This document shows, one piece after another, positions 56,132 through 64,000 of a stretch of DNA of 64,000 nt (within the stretch, counting starts at the first letter, position 1; the number at the start of each line of letters is the position of its first letter). This DNA comes from Patescibacteria group bacterium (GTDB lineage Bacteria > Patescibacteriota > Microgenomatia > JAMCZE01): NCBI GenBank assembly GCA_023380635.1, contig JAMCRP010000001.1, positions 469,200-533,199 of the forward strand, in the 5' to 3' direction. A model generated the notes under the pieces. It made no database searches. It was not told where the DNA came from and was given only the letters and a program-made list of their open reading frames with translations. Position numbers and translations under genes: made by a program.

Positions 56132-56179
56132 ATCTACTTGCAATTGTAGGCGGAAAGTCGGAAGATATTCAAGAGGGAG

Positions 56180-56683
56180 ATGAAAAAAGTTAGTCTCTTT
56201 GTTCTGGTTCTATTCTTTCTGAGTCTGTCCTTTTCCAAATCAATTTTGGCGGCCGGAGTGGAGTACAACCTGCCTTACCCGGGGATTTTGCCGGATAGCC
56301 CGCTTTATATTTTCAAAGTAGCCCGGGATAATCTTTTCGAGTTGATTTTGCTGGACCCAAAACAAAAAGCCTTTTATCTGCTTCTTATGGCGGACAAACG
56401 GTTGTCAGCCGGATTTATTCTGATTAATAACGGCAAAACTGATTTGGGAGTGACCACAATTACTCAGGGGCAGCAGGATTACACTCGGGCCGTGGACTTG
56501 GCGGTTAAAAATAAAGACGCAAATCTGCTGTCGAAACTGGCCGTGGCCGGAGCCAAACACGAGGAAGTGATTACTCTTTTACAGCCAAAAGTTACTGATA
56601 ATAAAAGTGCCGAATTGCAAAAAGCTCTCGACGCCGACCAAAATGACAAAAACCGAGTACTGGAGTTATCGATGACGAAGTAA
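56180..56683 (+). CDS. Hypothetical secreted protein
   Basis: Signal peptide; helical 167-aa ORF with a GGAG RBS. Confidence 0.45.
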   Translation: MKKVSLFVLVLFFLSLSFSKSILAAGVEYNLPYPGILPDSPLYIFKVARDNLFELILLDPKQKAFYLLLMADKRLSAGFILINNGKTDLGVTTITQGQQDYTRAVDLAVKNKDANLLSKLAVAGAKHEEVITLLQPKVTDNKSAELQKALDADQNDKNRVLELSMTK

Positions 56684-56819
56684 AATTCCCGCAAAAATTT
56701 TGCGGCTGCCTCAAAAAATAAAATTGATTTCCTCTGATACAAAAGTTAGTAGTTGACTGAACTAACGGCCGGGTTTACCTTGTATGCTGCCACTGTCAAA
56801 AGTGGCGTTTTAATTTCTT

Positions 56820-59312
56820 ATGGCGCAAGTTGATCCGCAAACCAAAATTACCGAACCGATTCCGGCTATTGTCCGGCCGGGGCGCCCACCAAAGGCGGAA
56901 GTTCCAAATTCCAAGCACCAAATTCCAAACACCCAGAACTCTACTAATACCAATATTAGTATTGTGCCGCCGATGCCGGAAGATCTGCCTCAGGGTCACT
57001 GGAGCGAACAGGCGGAAAAAGTCCTGCGGGAAAGATATCTTCTAAAAAACGAAAGCGGCGAGATTCTGGAAACTGCGGATCAGATGTGCTGGCGGGTTGC
57101 CTGGGACATAGCTTGCGCTGAAGCCAATTTCGGCCACAGCTACGAGAGGATTATGGAAGTAGCCCGGCAGTATTATCACCTTCTGGCCACCCACGAATTC
57201 TTGCCCAATTCTCCAACCTTAATGAATGCCGGCAAAAATAACGGCTTGCAGTACAGCGGCTGTTACGTGTTGCCGATTGACGACTCATTAATCGGCATTT
57301 TTGACGGGATCAAATACGCTGCCATTATCCACCAAAGCGGTGGGGGCACGGGTTTTTCTTTTTCGAGATTGCGGCCGGCCGGGTCCCGGGTTGGTTCTTC
57401 ACATGGAGTGGCTTCCGGGCCGGTATCCTTTCTGCAGGTTTACGACAGCGCTACTGAACAAATTAAACAGGGCGGGTCTCGCCGGGGTGCCAACATGGGA
57501 GTGTTACGCATTGACCATCCCGATGTTTTGAAATTCATTCATTGTAAAGAAGACGGCGGGATAACAAACTTCAATATTTCCGTGGCCGTCACCGATAAGT
57601 TTATTCAGGCTGTAAAAGAGGGGACTACTTATGATCTTATTGACCCGCACACCAAAAAAGTGACTGCTCAACTGGATGCCCGTCAGGTGATGGAAGAAAT
57701 TGCTCAGGGGGCCTGGAAAACCGGTGACCCGGGCCTGATTTTTATTGACCGGATAAACGCGGGGTCGGGCAATCCCGTGCCGTCTTTGGGCCCGGTAGAG
57801 ACCACAAACCCCTGCGGCGAGCAACCACTCTATCCGTTTGATGTCTGCAATCTCGGCAGTATCTTCTTAACCTACTTTGTTAAAGATAATAATGGCCAAA
57901 AAGAGGTTGATTGGGAAAAACTGGAAAAAGTGACCAAACTGGCTGTCCGGTTTCTGGATAGCGTCATTGAAAGAAATCCTTACCCGCTTCCCCAGGTGCG
58001 GGAAATGTCCCGCTTGATCCGCCGGATTGGCCTGGGAGTAGGGGGCTGGGCGGACATGCTTGTCCAGTTGGGTATTCCCTATAACAGCGATGAAGCCATT
58101 GTCCTGGCGGAAAAAGTGATGGGCTTTGTCAAGGAAAAGTCGCACGAAGCCTCACAAGAATTAGCACAAGAGCGCGGGACTTTTCCCATGTTTGCCGAAA
58201 GTATTTACCGAGACGGTCCGGCGATGCGTAACGCTACAGTGACGACCATTGCCCCGACCGGTTCCATTGGCGTGATTGCTCACACTTCGACCGGCATTGA
58301 ACCACTGTTTGCCATCGCTTTCAAGCATGTCGTCAAAGATAAATTTCTGGACCGGGAAATGAGTTACTTTAATAATTATTTTGAAAAAGCCGCAATCGGT
58401 CAGTCCTGGTATACCCCGGAAGTCAAAGAAAAAATTGTCACCCAGGGAACTATTGCCCATATTAACGAAATCCCCGAAGAAGTCCGCCGGGTCTTTGCCA
58501 CGGCTCACGAAATTTCTTATGACTGGCATGTCAAAATGCAGGCGGCTTTTCAAAAATACACCGATAACGCCGTGTCTAAAACAATAAATCTTCCTCATGA
58601 CGCCACCGCTGAAGACATTAAAAATGCCTACCTTTTGGCCTACGAGACGGGCTGCATGGGGATCACAGTCTACCGTGACGGCTGCAAAGACATGCAGGTG
58701 TTAAATTTGGGGACCAAAACCAAAGAGGCTAAAGAAGAACCCAAGACTAACGGCCACGCAGTGACGGCGGCCGCGGAAATAATGCCGCGGCCGGTGAAAG
58801 TGGACGGAGCCACTTATAAAATCGAAACGCCTTTAGGCCGGGCTTACATTACCGTTAACCAGGATGCCGAAGGCAATCCCTACGAAGTTTTTATCAGCGT
58901 CGGCAAGGCGGGTTCAGAAGTAGCGGCTATGGCCGAAGCGATCGGAAGACTAATATCCACGACTTTGCGTTTTGGTAATCATCTGCCGGCCCGCGAACGG
59001 GCCAGGGAGATAGTTAACCAATTGCATGGCATTGGCGGTGGCAGTGCCGTCGGCTTTGGACCCAACCGGGTTCGCAGCTTACCCGATGCGGTGGCCAAAG
59101 CGATCAGCATGCATTTTGGGTTAAGCGGCCAAATTGATATTGCCAATTTGAAACTGGACGCGGAAGCGCAAAGAGCCAAAGCCGAAGACCCAACCCTTAG
59201 TCCTAAATATCTTTCCGCCAAGCGTGATCTTTGTCCCTCCTGCGGGGCCGCAGCCTTTGTTTTTGAAGAAGGCTGCTCCAAATGTTACGCCTGTGGCTAT
59301 TCAAAATGCTAA
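56820..59312 (+). CDS. nrdJ: Ribonucleotide reductase class II (adenosylcobalamin-dependent) with a C-terminal Cys4 zinc ribbon
   Basis: Active-site NPCGEQPL, thiyl-radical region, C-terminal CPSCG...CSKCYACGYSKC. Confidence 0.85.
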   Translation: MAQVDPQTKITEPIPAIVRPGRPPKAEVPNSKHQIPNTQNSTNTNISIVPPMPEDLPQGHWSEQAEKVLRERYLLKNESGEILETADQMCWRVAWDIACAEANFGHSYERIMEVARQYYHLLATHEFLPNSPTLMNAGKNNGLQYSGCYVLPIDDSLIGIFDGIKYAAIIHQSGGGTGFSFSRLRPAGSRVGSSHGVASGPVSFLQVYDSATEQIKQGGSRRGANMGVLRIDHPDVLKFIHCKEDGGITNFNISVAVTDKFIQAVKEGTTYDLIDPHTKKVTAQLDARQVMEEIAQGAWKTGDPGLIFIDRINAGSGNPVPSLGPVETTNPCGEQPLYPFDVCNLGSIFLTYFVKDNNGQKEVDWEKLEKVTKLAVRFLDSVIERNPYPLPQVREMSRLIRRIGLGVGGWADMLVQLGIPYNSDEAIVLAEKVMGFVKEKSHEASQELAQERGTFPMFAESIYRDGPAMRNATVTTIAPTGSIGVIAHTSTGIEPLFAIAFKHVVKDKFLDREMSYFNNYFEKAAIGQSWYTPEVKEKIVTQGTIAHINEIPEEVRRVFATAHEISYDWHVKMQAAFQKYTDNAVSKTINLPHDATAEDIKNAYLLAYETGCMGITVYRDGCKDMQVLNLGTKTKEAKEEPKTNGHAVTAAAEIMPRPVKVDGATYKIETPLGRAYITVNQDAEGNPYEVFISVGKAGSEVAAMAEAIGRLISTTLRFGNHLPARERAREIVNQLHGIGGGSAVGFGPNRVRSLPDAVAKAISMHFGLSGQIDIANLKLDAEAQRAKAEDPTLSPKYLSAKRDLCPSCGAAAFVFEEGCSKCYACGYSKC
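56901..56934 (+). repeat. Tandem CAAATTCCAA(G/A)CAC repeat in frame in the nrdJ N-terminus
   Basis: GTTCCAAATTCCAAGCACCAAATTCCAAACACCC encodes VPNSKHQIPNTQ. Confidence 0.55.
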
Positions 59313-59528
59313 GGCCGCCGGATTTTGGCCCGGAAATATTTCTGCAAACAGTTGGCCCGAAAGCGATGGAAAAAGACGCTATCGCTTCTAAGGGACCGAA
59401 TGAAGTTTCGGTAAGAGCAGTAATTCTCCCGTATTCTCTGAGGAAAAGAGCCGAAGTAGCGAAGCTTAGTCTCCCCCGGATCGATTTTAGCCCTTCCCAA
59501 AAGGCCGCTCTCTCTGGCTCGTAGTTAG

Positions 59529-59915
59529 CTAAATCAGCTCGAAGTCGATGATGATGAAGGGGTCGTCGTCGGCAATAGAACGACCCAGATAGGCATAATA
59601 GCCGCTTAAAATTTGCCGCTGGTGTTCTTTGTTTTCCGGCGCTTCGTGGCCAGGATTGGTTAAAGGTAAATCTTTAAAAAAGGTTTTTTTCTTTCCGGTA
59701 ATAACTGCCTTGTAAGAAGGTTCGGGCTTGTTGTTTTCCCGGATAATGATGGTGTCCCCAATATTTAAATAATCATACTTATTGCCGTAGCGATAGGTAG
59801 AAGACTTCTTCTTTGCTTTGACAAATTCAATCAGTTCCGGCGGAAAATAAATTTCCCCCTTCGGATTATTAATTTTAGATGTCCAAACTGTAGTTTTCTT
59901 GGGGGCTTTTAACAT
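59529..59915 (-). CDS. Hypothetical protein (possible ASCH/PUA-like fold)
   Basis: 128-aa ORF; weak resemblance only. Confidence 0.3.
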   Translation of the reverse strand: MLKAPKKTTVWTSKINNPKGEIYFPPELIEFVKAKKKSSTYRYGNKYDYLNIGDTIIIRENNKPEPSYKAVITGKKKTFFKDLPLTNPGHEAPENKEHQRQILSGYYAYLGRSIADDDPFIIIDFELI

Positions 59916-59939
59916 AAAGATATGATACTATAGCTCCAA

Positions 59940-60383
59940 ATGAAGATCTATACTAAAAAGGGAGATAAGGGGGAGACGGGGTTAATCGGTGGTAAACGGG
60001 TGCCCAAAACCGATCCGGTGGTGGAGGCGTTGGGGACAATTGACGAGTTGAACGCCCACCTTGGTAATTTGAATTTGCCTTTGGAAAAAATTCAGCAAGA
60101 CCTGATGGCTCTTGCCTCGGAGGTGGCCGGCGGCAAAAAAGCCAGAGTAAATGAAAAATGGCTGGAAAAAGAGATTGACCGGATGGAAAAAGAGCTGCCG
60201 CCGCTGCACAATTTTATCCTGCCGACGGGGTCAGTGCACCTGGCCCGGGCGGTGTGCCGGCGGACGGAGCGGCGGGTGACGGCAGTGCTTGGTTACTCAA
60301 AGTACCTGAACCGTTTGTCTGACTACTTGTTTGTTTTGGCCCGCTGGGTGACCCGCGAAAAATCTTACCGTGCGCCTTCTTAA
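59940..60383 (+). CDS. pduO: ATP:cob(I)alamin adenosyltransferase, PduO-type
   Basis: MKIYTKKGDKGETGLIGGKRVPKTDPVVEALGTIDELN N-terminal signature and LNRLSDYLFVLAR C-terminal motif. Confidence 0.7.
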   Translation: MKIYTKKGDKGETGLIGGKRVPKTDPVVEALGTIDELNAHLGNLNLPLEKIQQDLMALASEVAGGKKARVNEKWLEKEIDRMEKELPPLHNFILPTGSVHLARAVCRRTERRVTAVLGYSKYLNRLSDYLFVLARWVTREKSYRAPS

Positions 60384-60852
60384 CAAGATAATGGGCCTTG
60401 AGTAACTGGTAAATAAACCACTCGACCAGCCAGCGAAATCCGGAAGAAGTCGGTTTGGTTAAACCGATTCCCAATTGCTCGTCAGTTAAGGCGACTCCCC
60501 GAATCGTAAAATCCGCCACCTGGGCAATAGGAGTATCAATAGTTACAGTCGGCTGGATTCCCATCTCACGGGCGGCCGGTTCCGGCAGTTTGACTTCTCC
60601 GGATTCTACTTTTTCCACGCCTCCCATTTCGGCAATAGCCTTTTCCAGCTCAATTTCCCGAGCGTAACTTTCCCAGTATTGGTCGCCCTCCTCCTTGGCC
60701 ACCTTATCCGCTTCCTGATAGTTGGGTTCCGACTCTTTGGTTGCCGGCGCAGCAGGGGCGGTTTGGGGGATAATCGGTGTTGGGTTTGGCGCCTGCGGAT
60801 CAGGCGTAATGTCTAACGGGATTCCGTTATGGGTCGGGGCAGGATTATCCAT
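60214..60852 (-). CDS. Hypothetical Pro-rich protein divergent from the VirD4-like gene (3' end overlaps pduO antisense)
   Basis: ORF with Pro-rich N-terminus and an amphipathic C-terminal segment; 170-nt antisense overlap makes the 3' extent doubtful. Confidence 0.3.
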   Translation of the reverse strand: MDNPAPTHNGIPLDITPDPQAPNPTPIIPQTAPAAPATKESEPNYQEADKVAKEEGDQYWESYAREIELEKAIAEMGGVEKVESGEVKLPEPAAREMGIQPTVTIDTPIAQVADFTIRGVALTDEQLGIGLTKPTSSGFRWLVEWFIYQLLKAHYLVKKAHGKIFRGSPSGPKQTSSQTNGSGTLSNQALPSPAAPSAGTPPGPGALTPSAG

Positions 60853-60874
60853 GAGAAAATGATATCATAGTCCT

Positions 60875-63238
60875 ATGGATTTGGTGGCCAACTTTTCGAC
60901 CTTTATGGTGGGTTTGGTCTTCGTCTTAATCGGCCTGGGTCTTCTAGCCGGTGTGGGCGCGGTAGCGGGCTATTTTTTTCTCCAATTCTATAAATGGCGG
61001 GGGCGGGAGGACAATGCCTTAACTTTTGTCACTCTCCAGGTGGCCGTGCCCAAAGATAACGAGATCAAAATTGACGCCATGGAGCAGTTTTTTGCTTCCC
61101 TGTACACTCTTTTTAAAAGCAAGAAGATGTTTTTTGATATGCTGGATTTAACCTGGTCAGTGCCCCAGGATCATCTCGCTTTTGAAATTGTCGGCCAGCC
61201 GGGCGATATCCGTTTTTATATTTCCGTCCCTTCAAAGCACCGCGAGTTGATCGAAAAGCAGATTCATGGCACCTATCCGGGAGCGATGGTGACGGAAGTT
61301 GAGGACCCTAACATCTTTACGGAAAACGGGGAAGTGGCTTACGCTTCCCTCAAATTAAAATCTTCCAACTACTATCCCATTAAAGTTTTCCGCGATCTGG
61401 CCGTTGACCCGATGTCTTTAATTACCTCGTCACTGGCGAAGTTAAACCCGGGCGAAGCGGCGGCCATACAATATGTTGTGGCGCCGGCGGACGGGAAGTG
61501 GCGCTCCCAGGGCCGAAGATTTATTTCTAAAACCAAGAAAAACGAAGCCGATCCGGAAAAGGCTCGGTTTAATGTTGACGCCAAAACGCTGGAGGCGATT
61601 GAAAACAAAACCAGTAAGCCAGGTTTTGCAACTTCTATCCGGATTGTGGCCAACGCTCCTACCAAAGAAGAGGCCAAAGTGATCCTGGATAATTTAAAAA
61701 GCTCGTTTACCCAGTTTTCCTCGGACCAGAATAATTTTAAAAACGACAAGATCCGTATCCAGCAGAATTTTATGACGGATTTCATTTACCGCTTCCAGCC
61801 GCTGTTCGCCAAGCCGCCGGTCTTAACTTCCGAAGAACTGGCGACGGTTTTCCATTTTCCCAATAAATCGATCGAAACGCCCAATATTTTCTGGCTCAAC
61901 GCCAAACGGGCGCCGGCCCCGCAGGAGATTCCCGAAAAAGGCGATATTTACCTGGGTAAATCCATTTACCGCGGCCAGGAGCGGCCGGTCAGTCTGCTTA
62001 ATCCGGACCGCCGACGCCATGTCTATATTGTCGGCGCCACCGGAACGGGAAAATCCACACTTTTGGCCCAGATGATTTTGCAGGACATTAGGGCGGGCCG
62101 GGGAGTGTGCTTTATTGATCCCCATGACACCTACGAGCAAGTTATGGAAAGTATTCCGCCGGAAAGAGCCGAAGATGTCATTTATTTCGATGTTTCCGAT
62201 CACGAACGGCCGTTCGGTTGGAACATCATGGAAGCAAAAGATGACTATGAGCGGCATATGACGGTGACCGGCTTTATCGGGTTACTTTACAAGCTTTTTG
62301 ATCCGCACCAGACCGGTATTGTCGGCCCGCGTTTGGAACATTCTGTCCGTAACGCCATGTTAACCGTGATGGAAGCGGAACCGCGGGGAACTATTATCGA
62401 AGTGATGCGCGTCCTGCAGGATCCGGGCGGCCCGTATCTTCAGGAACTCCTGCCTCGGGTAACCGATCCGTTGGTGAAACGCTTCTGGACGGAGCAAATT
62501 GCCGCTACAAGCGAGTTTCATAAGTCGGAAACTTTGGACTACATTGTTTCCAAATTCGGCCGGTTTGTCACCAATAAATTAATGCGCAACATCGTAGGTC
62601 AGTCCCAAAGTTCGTTTAATTTCCGCCAAGCCATGGACGAGGGAAAAATCATTATCGTCAATCTGGCCAAAGGTTTAATCGGGGAAGAGAATAGCTCCTT
62701 TATGGGCACACTTCTGGTCCCCAAAATTCTTTCCGCCGCGACTTCCCGGCAGAATATTCCCGCCGAAGCCCGCCGGGATTTTTATCTTTATGTTGACGAG
62801 TTTCAAAACTTTGCCACCCCGGATTTTGCCACGATTTTGTCTGAGGCCAGAAAGTACGCCCTTAATTTAACTGTCGCGAATCAGTTTATCGCCCAGGTCG
62901 AAGAAGACATTAAAAATGCGATTTTTGGCAATGTCGGCACGAAGATCGCCTTCCGGGTGGGTGTCGCCGACGCCCAGTTTTTGGCCCATGAGTACGCTCC
63001 CACCTTTGGCGAATCGGATTTAATTAAGGTTGAAGCTTTTAACGCCTATGTCAAAACCCTGGTAAATAACGAACCGACTTCGGCCTTCAGTTTGGAAATT
63101 GATCATGATTTTGGCAAAATCAATGCCCAGCGCAACAAAAAAGTGGCGGAAATGATTAAAGAATTGTCTTCCCTTAAATACGGCCGCGATGTTCGGGAAG
63201 TGGAAGCGGAAATCGCTTCCCGAAGCCACCTCTTTTAA
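60875..63238 (+). CDS. Type IV secretion coupling-protein-like ATPase (VirD4/TraG/TraD family, TraG-D_C-like C-terminus)
   Basis: N-terminal TM, Walker A GATGTGKST, Walker B LYVDEFQNF, ARKYALNLTVANQF...NVGTKIAFRV. Confidence 0.6.
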   Translation: MDLVANFSTFMVGLVFVLIGLGLLAGVGAVAGYFFLQFYKWRGREDNALTFVTLQVAVPKDNEIKIDAMEQFFASLYTLFKSKKMFFDMLDLTWSVPQDHLAFEIVGQPGDIRFYISVPSKHRELIEKQIHGTYPGAMVTEVEDPNIFTENGEVAYASLKLKSSNYYPIKVFRDLAVDPMSLITSSLAKLNPGEAAAIQYVVAPADGKWRSQGRRFISKTKKNEADPEKARFNVDAKTLEAIENKTSKPGFATSIRIVANAPTKEEAKVILDNLKSSFTQFSSDQNNFKNDKIRIQQNFMTDFIYRFQPLFAKPPVLTSEELATVFHFPNKSIETPNIFWLNAKRAPAPQEIPEKGDIYLGKSIYRGQERPVSLLNPDRRRHVYIVGATGTGKSTLLAQMILQDIRAGRGVCFIDPHDTYEQVMESIPPERAEDVIYFDVSDHERPFGWNIMEAKDDYERHMTVTGFIGLLYKLFDPHQTGIVGPRLEHSVRNAMLTVMEAEPRGTIIEVMRVLQDPGGPYLQELLPRVTDPLVKRFWTEQIAATSEFHKSETLDYIVSKFGRFVTNKLMRNIVGQSQSSFNFRQAMDEGKIIIVNLAKGLIGEENSSFMGTLLVPKILSAATSRQNIPAEARRDFYLYVDEFQNFATPDFATILSEARKYALNLTVANQFIAQVEEDIKNAIFGNVGTKIAFRVGVADAQFLAHEYAPTFGESDLIKVEAFNAYVKTLVNNEPTSAFSLEIDHDFGKINAQRNKKVAEMIKELSSLKYGRDVREVEAEIASRSHLF

Positions 63239-63262
63239 CATAATCTGCTAGAATACCATTAG

Positions 63263-63336
63263 GGATCCGTAGCTCAATGGTAGAGCAGATGTCTTATACA
63301 CATCATGTTGTAGGTTCGAGTCCTACCGGATCCACC
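63263..63336 (+). tRNA. tRNA-Ile with anticodon UAU (decodes AUA)
   Basis: Hand-folded cloverleaf: acceptor GGATCCG/CGGATCC, D-stem GCTC/GAGC, anticodon stem GATGT/ACATC with loop CTTATAC, 5-nt variable loop, T-stem GTAGG/CCTAC with TTCGAGT loop, discriminator A and CC encoded. Confidence 0.8.
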
Positions 63337-63372
63337 GCAGCCCGAAAACACCTTAGAGAGAAGGTGAGAAAT

Positions 63373-63621
63373 ATGGGCAAGACAGTTGGCACGGTTTCAC
63401 ATTACTTTGACCACATAGGAGTCGCGGTTCTAGATTTAACGGGGCAAATCGCACTAGGCGATTCGATCGATATTGTGGGTAAAACCGGCCCCAAGTTTTC
63501 ACAAACGGTCACTTCGATGCAGGTGGATCACCAACCAGTTAAAACCGCCAAGAAAGGAGACGAAGTGGCAATCAAAGTCGATATGCCGGTCAAAGACGGA
63601 GATACAATCGAGAAAGAGTAA
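63373..63621 (+). CDS. Hypothetical small beta-barrel protein resembling EF-Tu domain 2
   Basis: Start at the ATG at 63373 with an AAGGTGA RBS; the ORF-track N-terminus overlaps the tRNA. GD.I.IVG...Q.V.SMQ.D...V..A..GDEV.I pattern. Confidence 0.4.
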   Translation: MGKTVGTVSHYFDHIGVAVLDLTGQIALGDSIDIVGKTGPKFSQTVTSMQVDHQPVKTAKKGDEVAIKVDMPVKDGDTIEKE

Positions 63622-63674
63622 ATTAGTTCTTTAAAAATCTTCACAAGTGTAAGATACTCCTTTTTGTTGCTTTT

Positions 63675-64000
63675 ATGGCGCTACGAGCTGAACATTTTCG
63701 TTCCAGATTAATAACCCACGAGTTCAAGCAAAACGGGGAAGGTTTGTGTTGGGTGGCTTTAGAAGAAGCGCGACTGCACTCTGTTGAATATCATAATGGC
63801 AACCGTCAGCAATTGCGGCAAAAGTTAATTAAAGAAATGAAAACAACGGTAGCCGGAGGAACGGATAACGATGATGTAGTGGCTTACCTGGAAAAAATTG
63901 GTATCCGTCATCATATTGAGTGGGATTGTCCTTTCGAACGACTGGTAGCGATGGTGGAAAAACTTCCAGTTCATGTCGACATCTTCGCGTCGGTATGGGA
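63675..64000 (+). CDS. Hypothetical protein, 3' end outside the window
   Basis: Open frame from the ATG at 63675 to the window end (at least 108 codons, no stop). Confidence 0.35.
   Translation, partial: MALRAEHFRSRLITHEFKQNGEGLCWVALEEARLHSVEYHNGNRQQLRQKLIKEMKTTVAGGTDNDDVVAYLEKIGIRHHIEWDCPFERLVAMVEKLPVHVDIFASVW

Noticed and set aside
56787-56802. GCCACTG / CCACTgtcaaaAGTGG upstream of nrdJ, recalling a cobalamin-riboswitch core or an NrdR box
   Set aside because: The leader is only about 136 nt, too short for a B12 riboswitch, and nrdJ is B12-dependent so repression by B12 makes little sense. The centre of the putative NrdR box does not match. It is kept only as a hairpin observation.
59282-59524. 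80-aa plus-strand ORF after nrdJ
   Set aside because: It starts inside the nrdJ zinc-ribbon coding region in another frame and spans a hairpin-rich spacer; it is probably spurious.
60214-60383. 3' portion of the Pro-rich minus-strand ORF that overlaps pduO antisense
   Set aside because: This part is a low-complexity read-through (GSPSGPKQTSSQ...PGPGALTPSAG), whereas the PduO C-terminal motif LNRLSDYLFVLAR is family-conserved. The overlap is probably antisense of pduO rather than real coding, though the upstream two-thirds of the ORF may be genuine.
63277-63372. N-terminal part of ORF-track ORF 63277-63621
   Set aside because: It overlaps a well-formed tRNA gene on the same strand. The CDS was trimmed to the ATG at 63373, which has a proper RBS.
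1-64000. CRISPR arrays, rRNA genes, transposases/IS elements, integrases
   Set aside because: No regularly spaced direct repeats of 24-40 bp, no rRNA-like conserved blocks and no transposase or integrase-like ORFs were found on reading both strands.

Overview
This 64-kb window appears to come from a small-genome, cell-wall-bearing bacterium, probably of Patescibacteria/CPR type; that assignment is an inference from gene content. GC is about 50% and the standard genetic code is used (several genes end in TGA). It spans the chromosomal replication origin: dnaN and dnaA lie on the minus strand, flanked by two DnaA-box clusters. The classical rpmH-rnpA-yidD-yidC-jag block follows on the plus strand. 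Other content:
- Transport and membrane: two ABC exporters (a MacAB-like one with an HlyD-type adaptor, and an ABC-2 type), mscL, an AI-2E transporter and a sugar-binding protein.
- Lipid/envelope oddities: a split cardiolipin-synthase-like pair (a PLDc_N membrane protein plus a protein with two HKD motifs) interrupted by an archaeal-type cupin glucose-6-phosphate isomerase; a LemA/TPM pair; a low-affinity iron-permease-like protein.
- A type-IV-secretion-like module beside the origin (PrgI/VirB3-like protein with a VirB4 ATPase apparently split into two ORFs), plus a VirD4/TraG-like coupling ATPase 47 kb away.
- Cell-envelope genes: two class A PBPs, LCP, VanW, SpoIID/LytB, Wzx and Wzy-like proteins, DUF4012, a bactofilin-like beta-helix protein and a secreted thermonuclease.
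- A lower-glycolysis/deoxyribose block: LOG, deoC, PfkB kinase, class II aldolase, 2-hydroxyacid dehydrogenase, pgk and gap.
- A class II B12-dependent ribonucleotide reductase next to a PduO-type cobalamin adenosyltransferase.
- Housekeeping genes: valS (C-terminally short), tsaD, rplY, pyrD, rnhA, rnhB and trmH-like.
- One tRNA with anticodon UAU (Ile).
No rRNA, CRISPR array or transposase was seen. The most unusual sequence-level signal is a short AAATTCCAAAC-type repeat family. It forms intergenic hairpins and also occurs as in-frame insertions in pgk, nrdJ and another CDS, reminiscent of Rickettsia palindromic elements (RPEs). Related palindromic motifs sit upstream of deoC and fba. There are also in-frame micro-tandem repeats in rnhA and tsaD.
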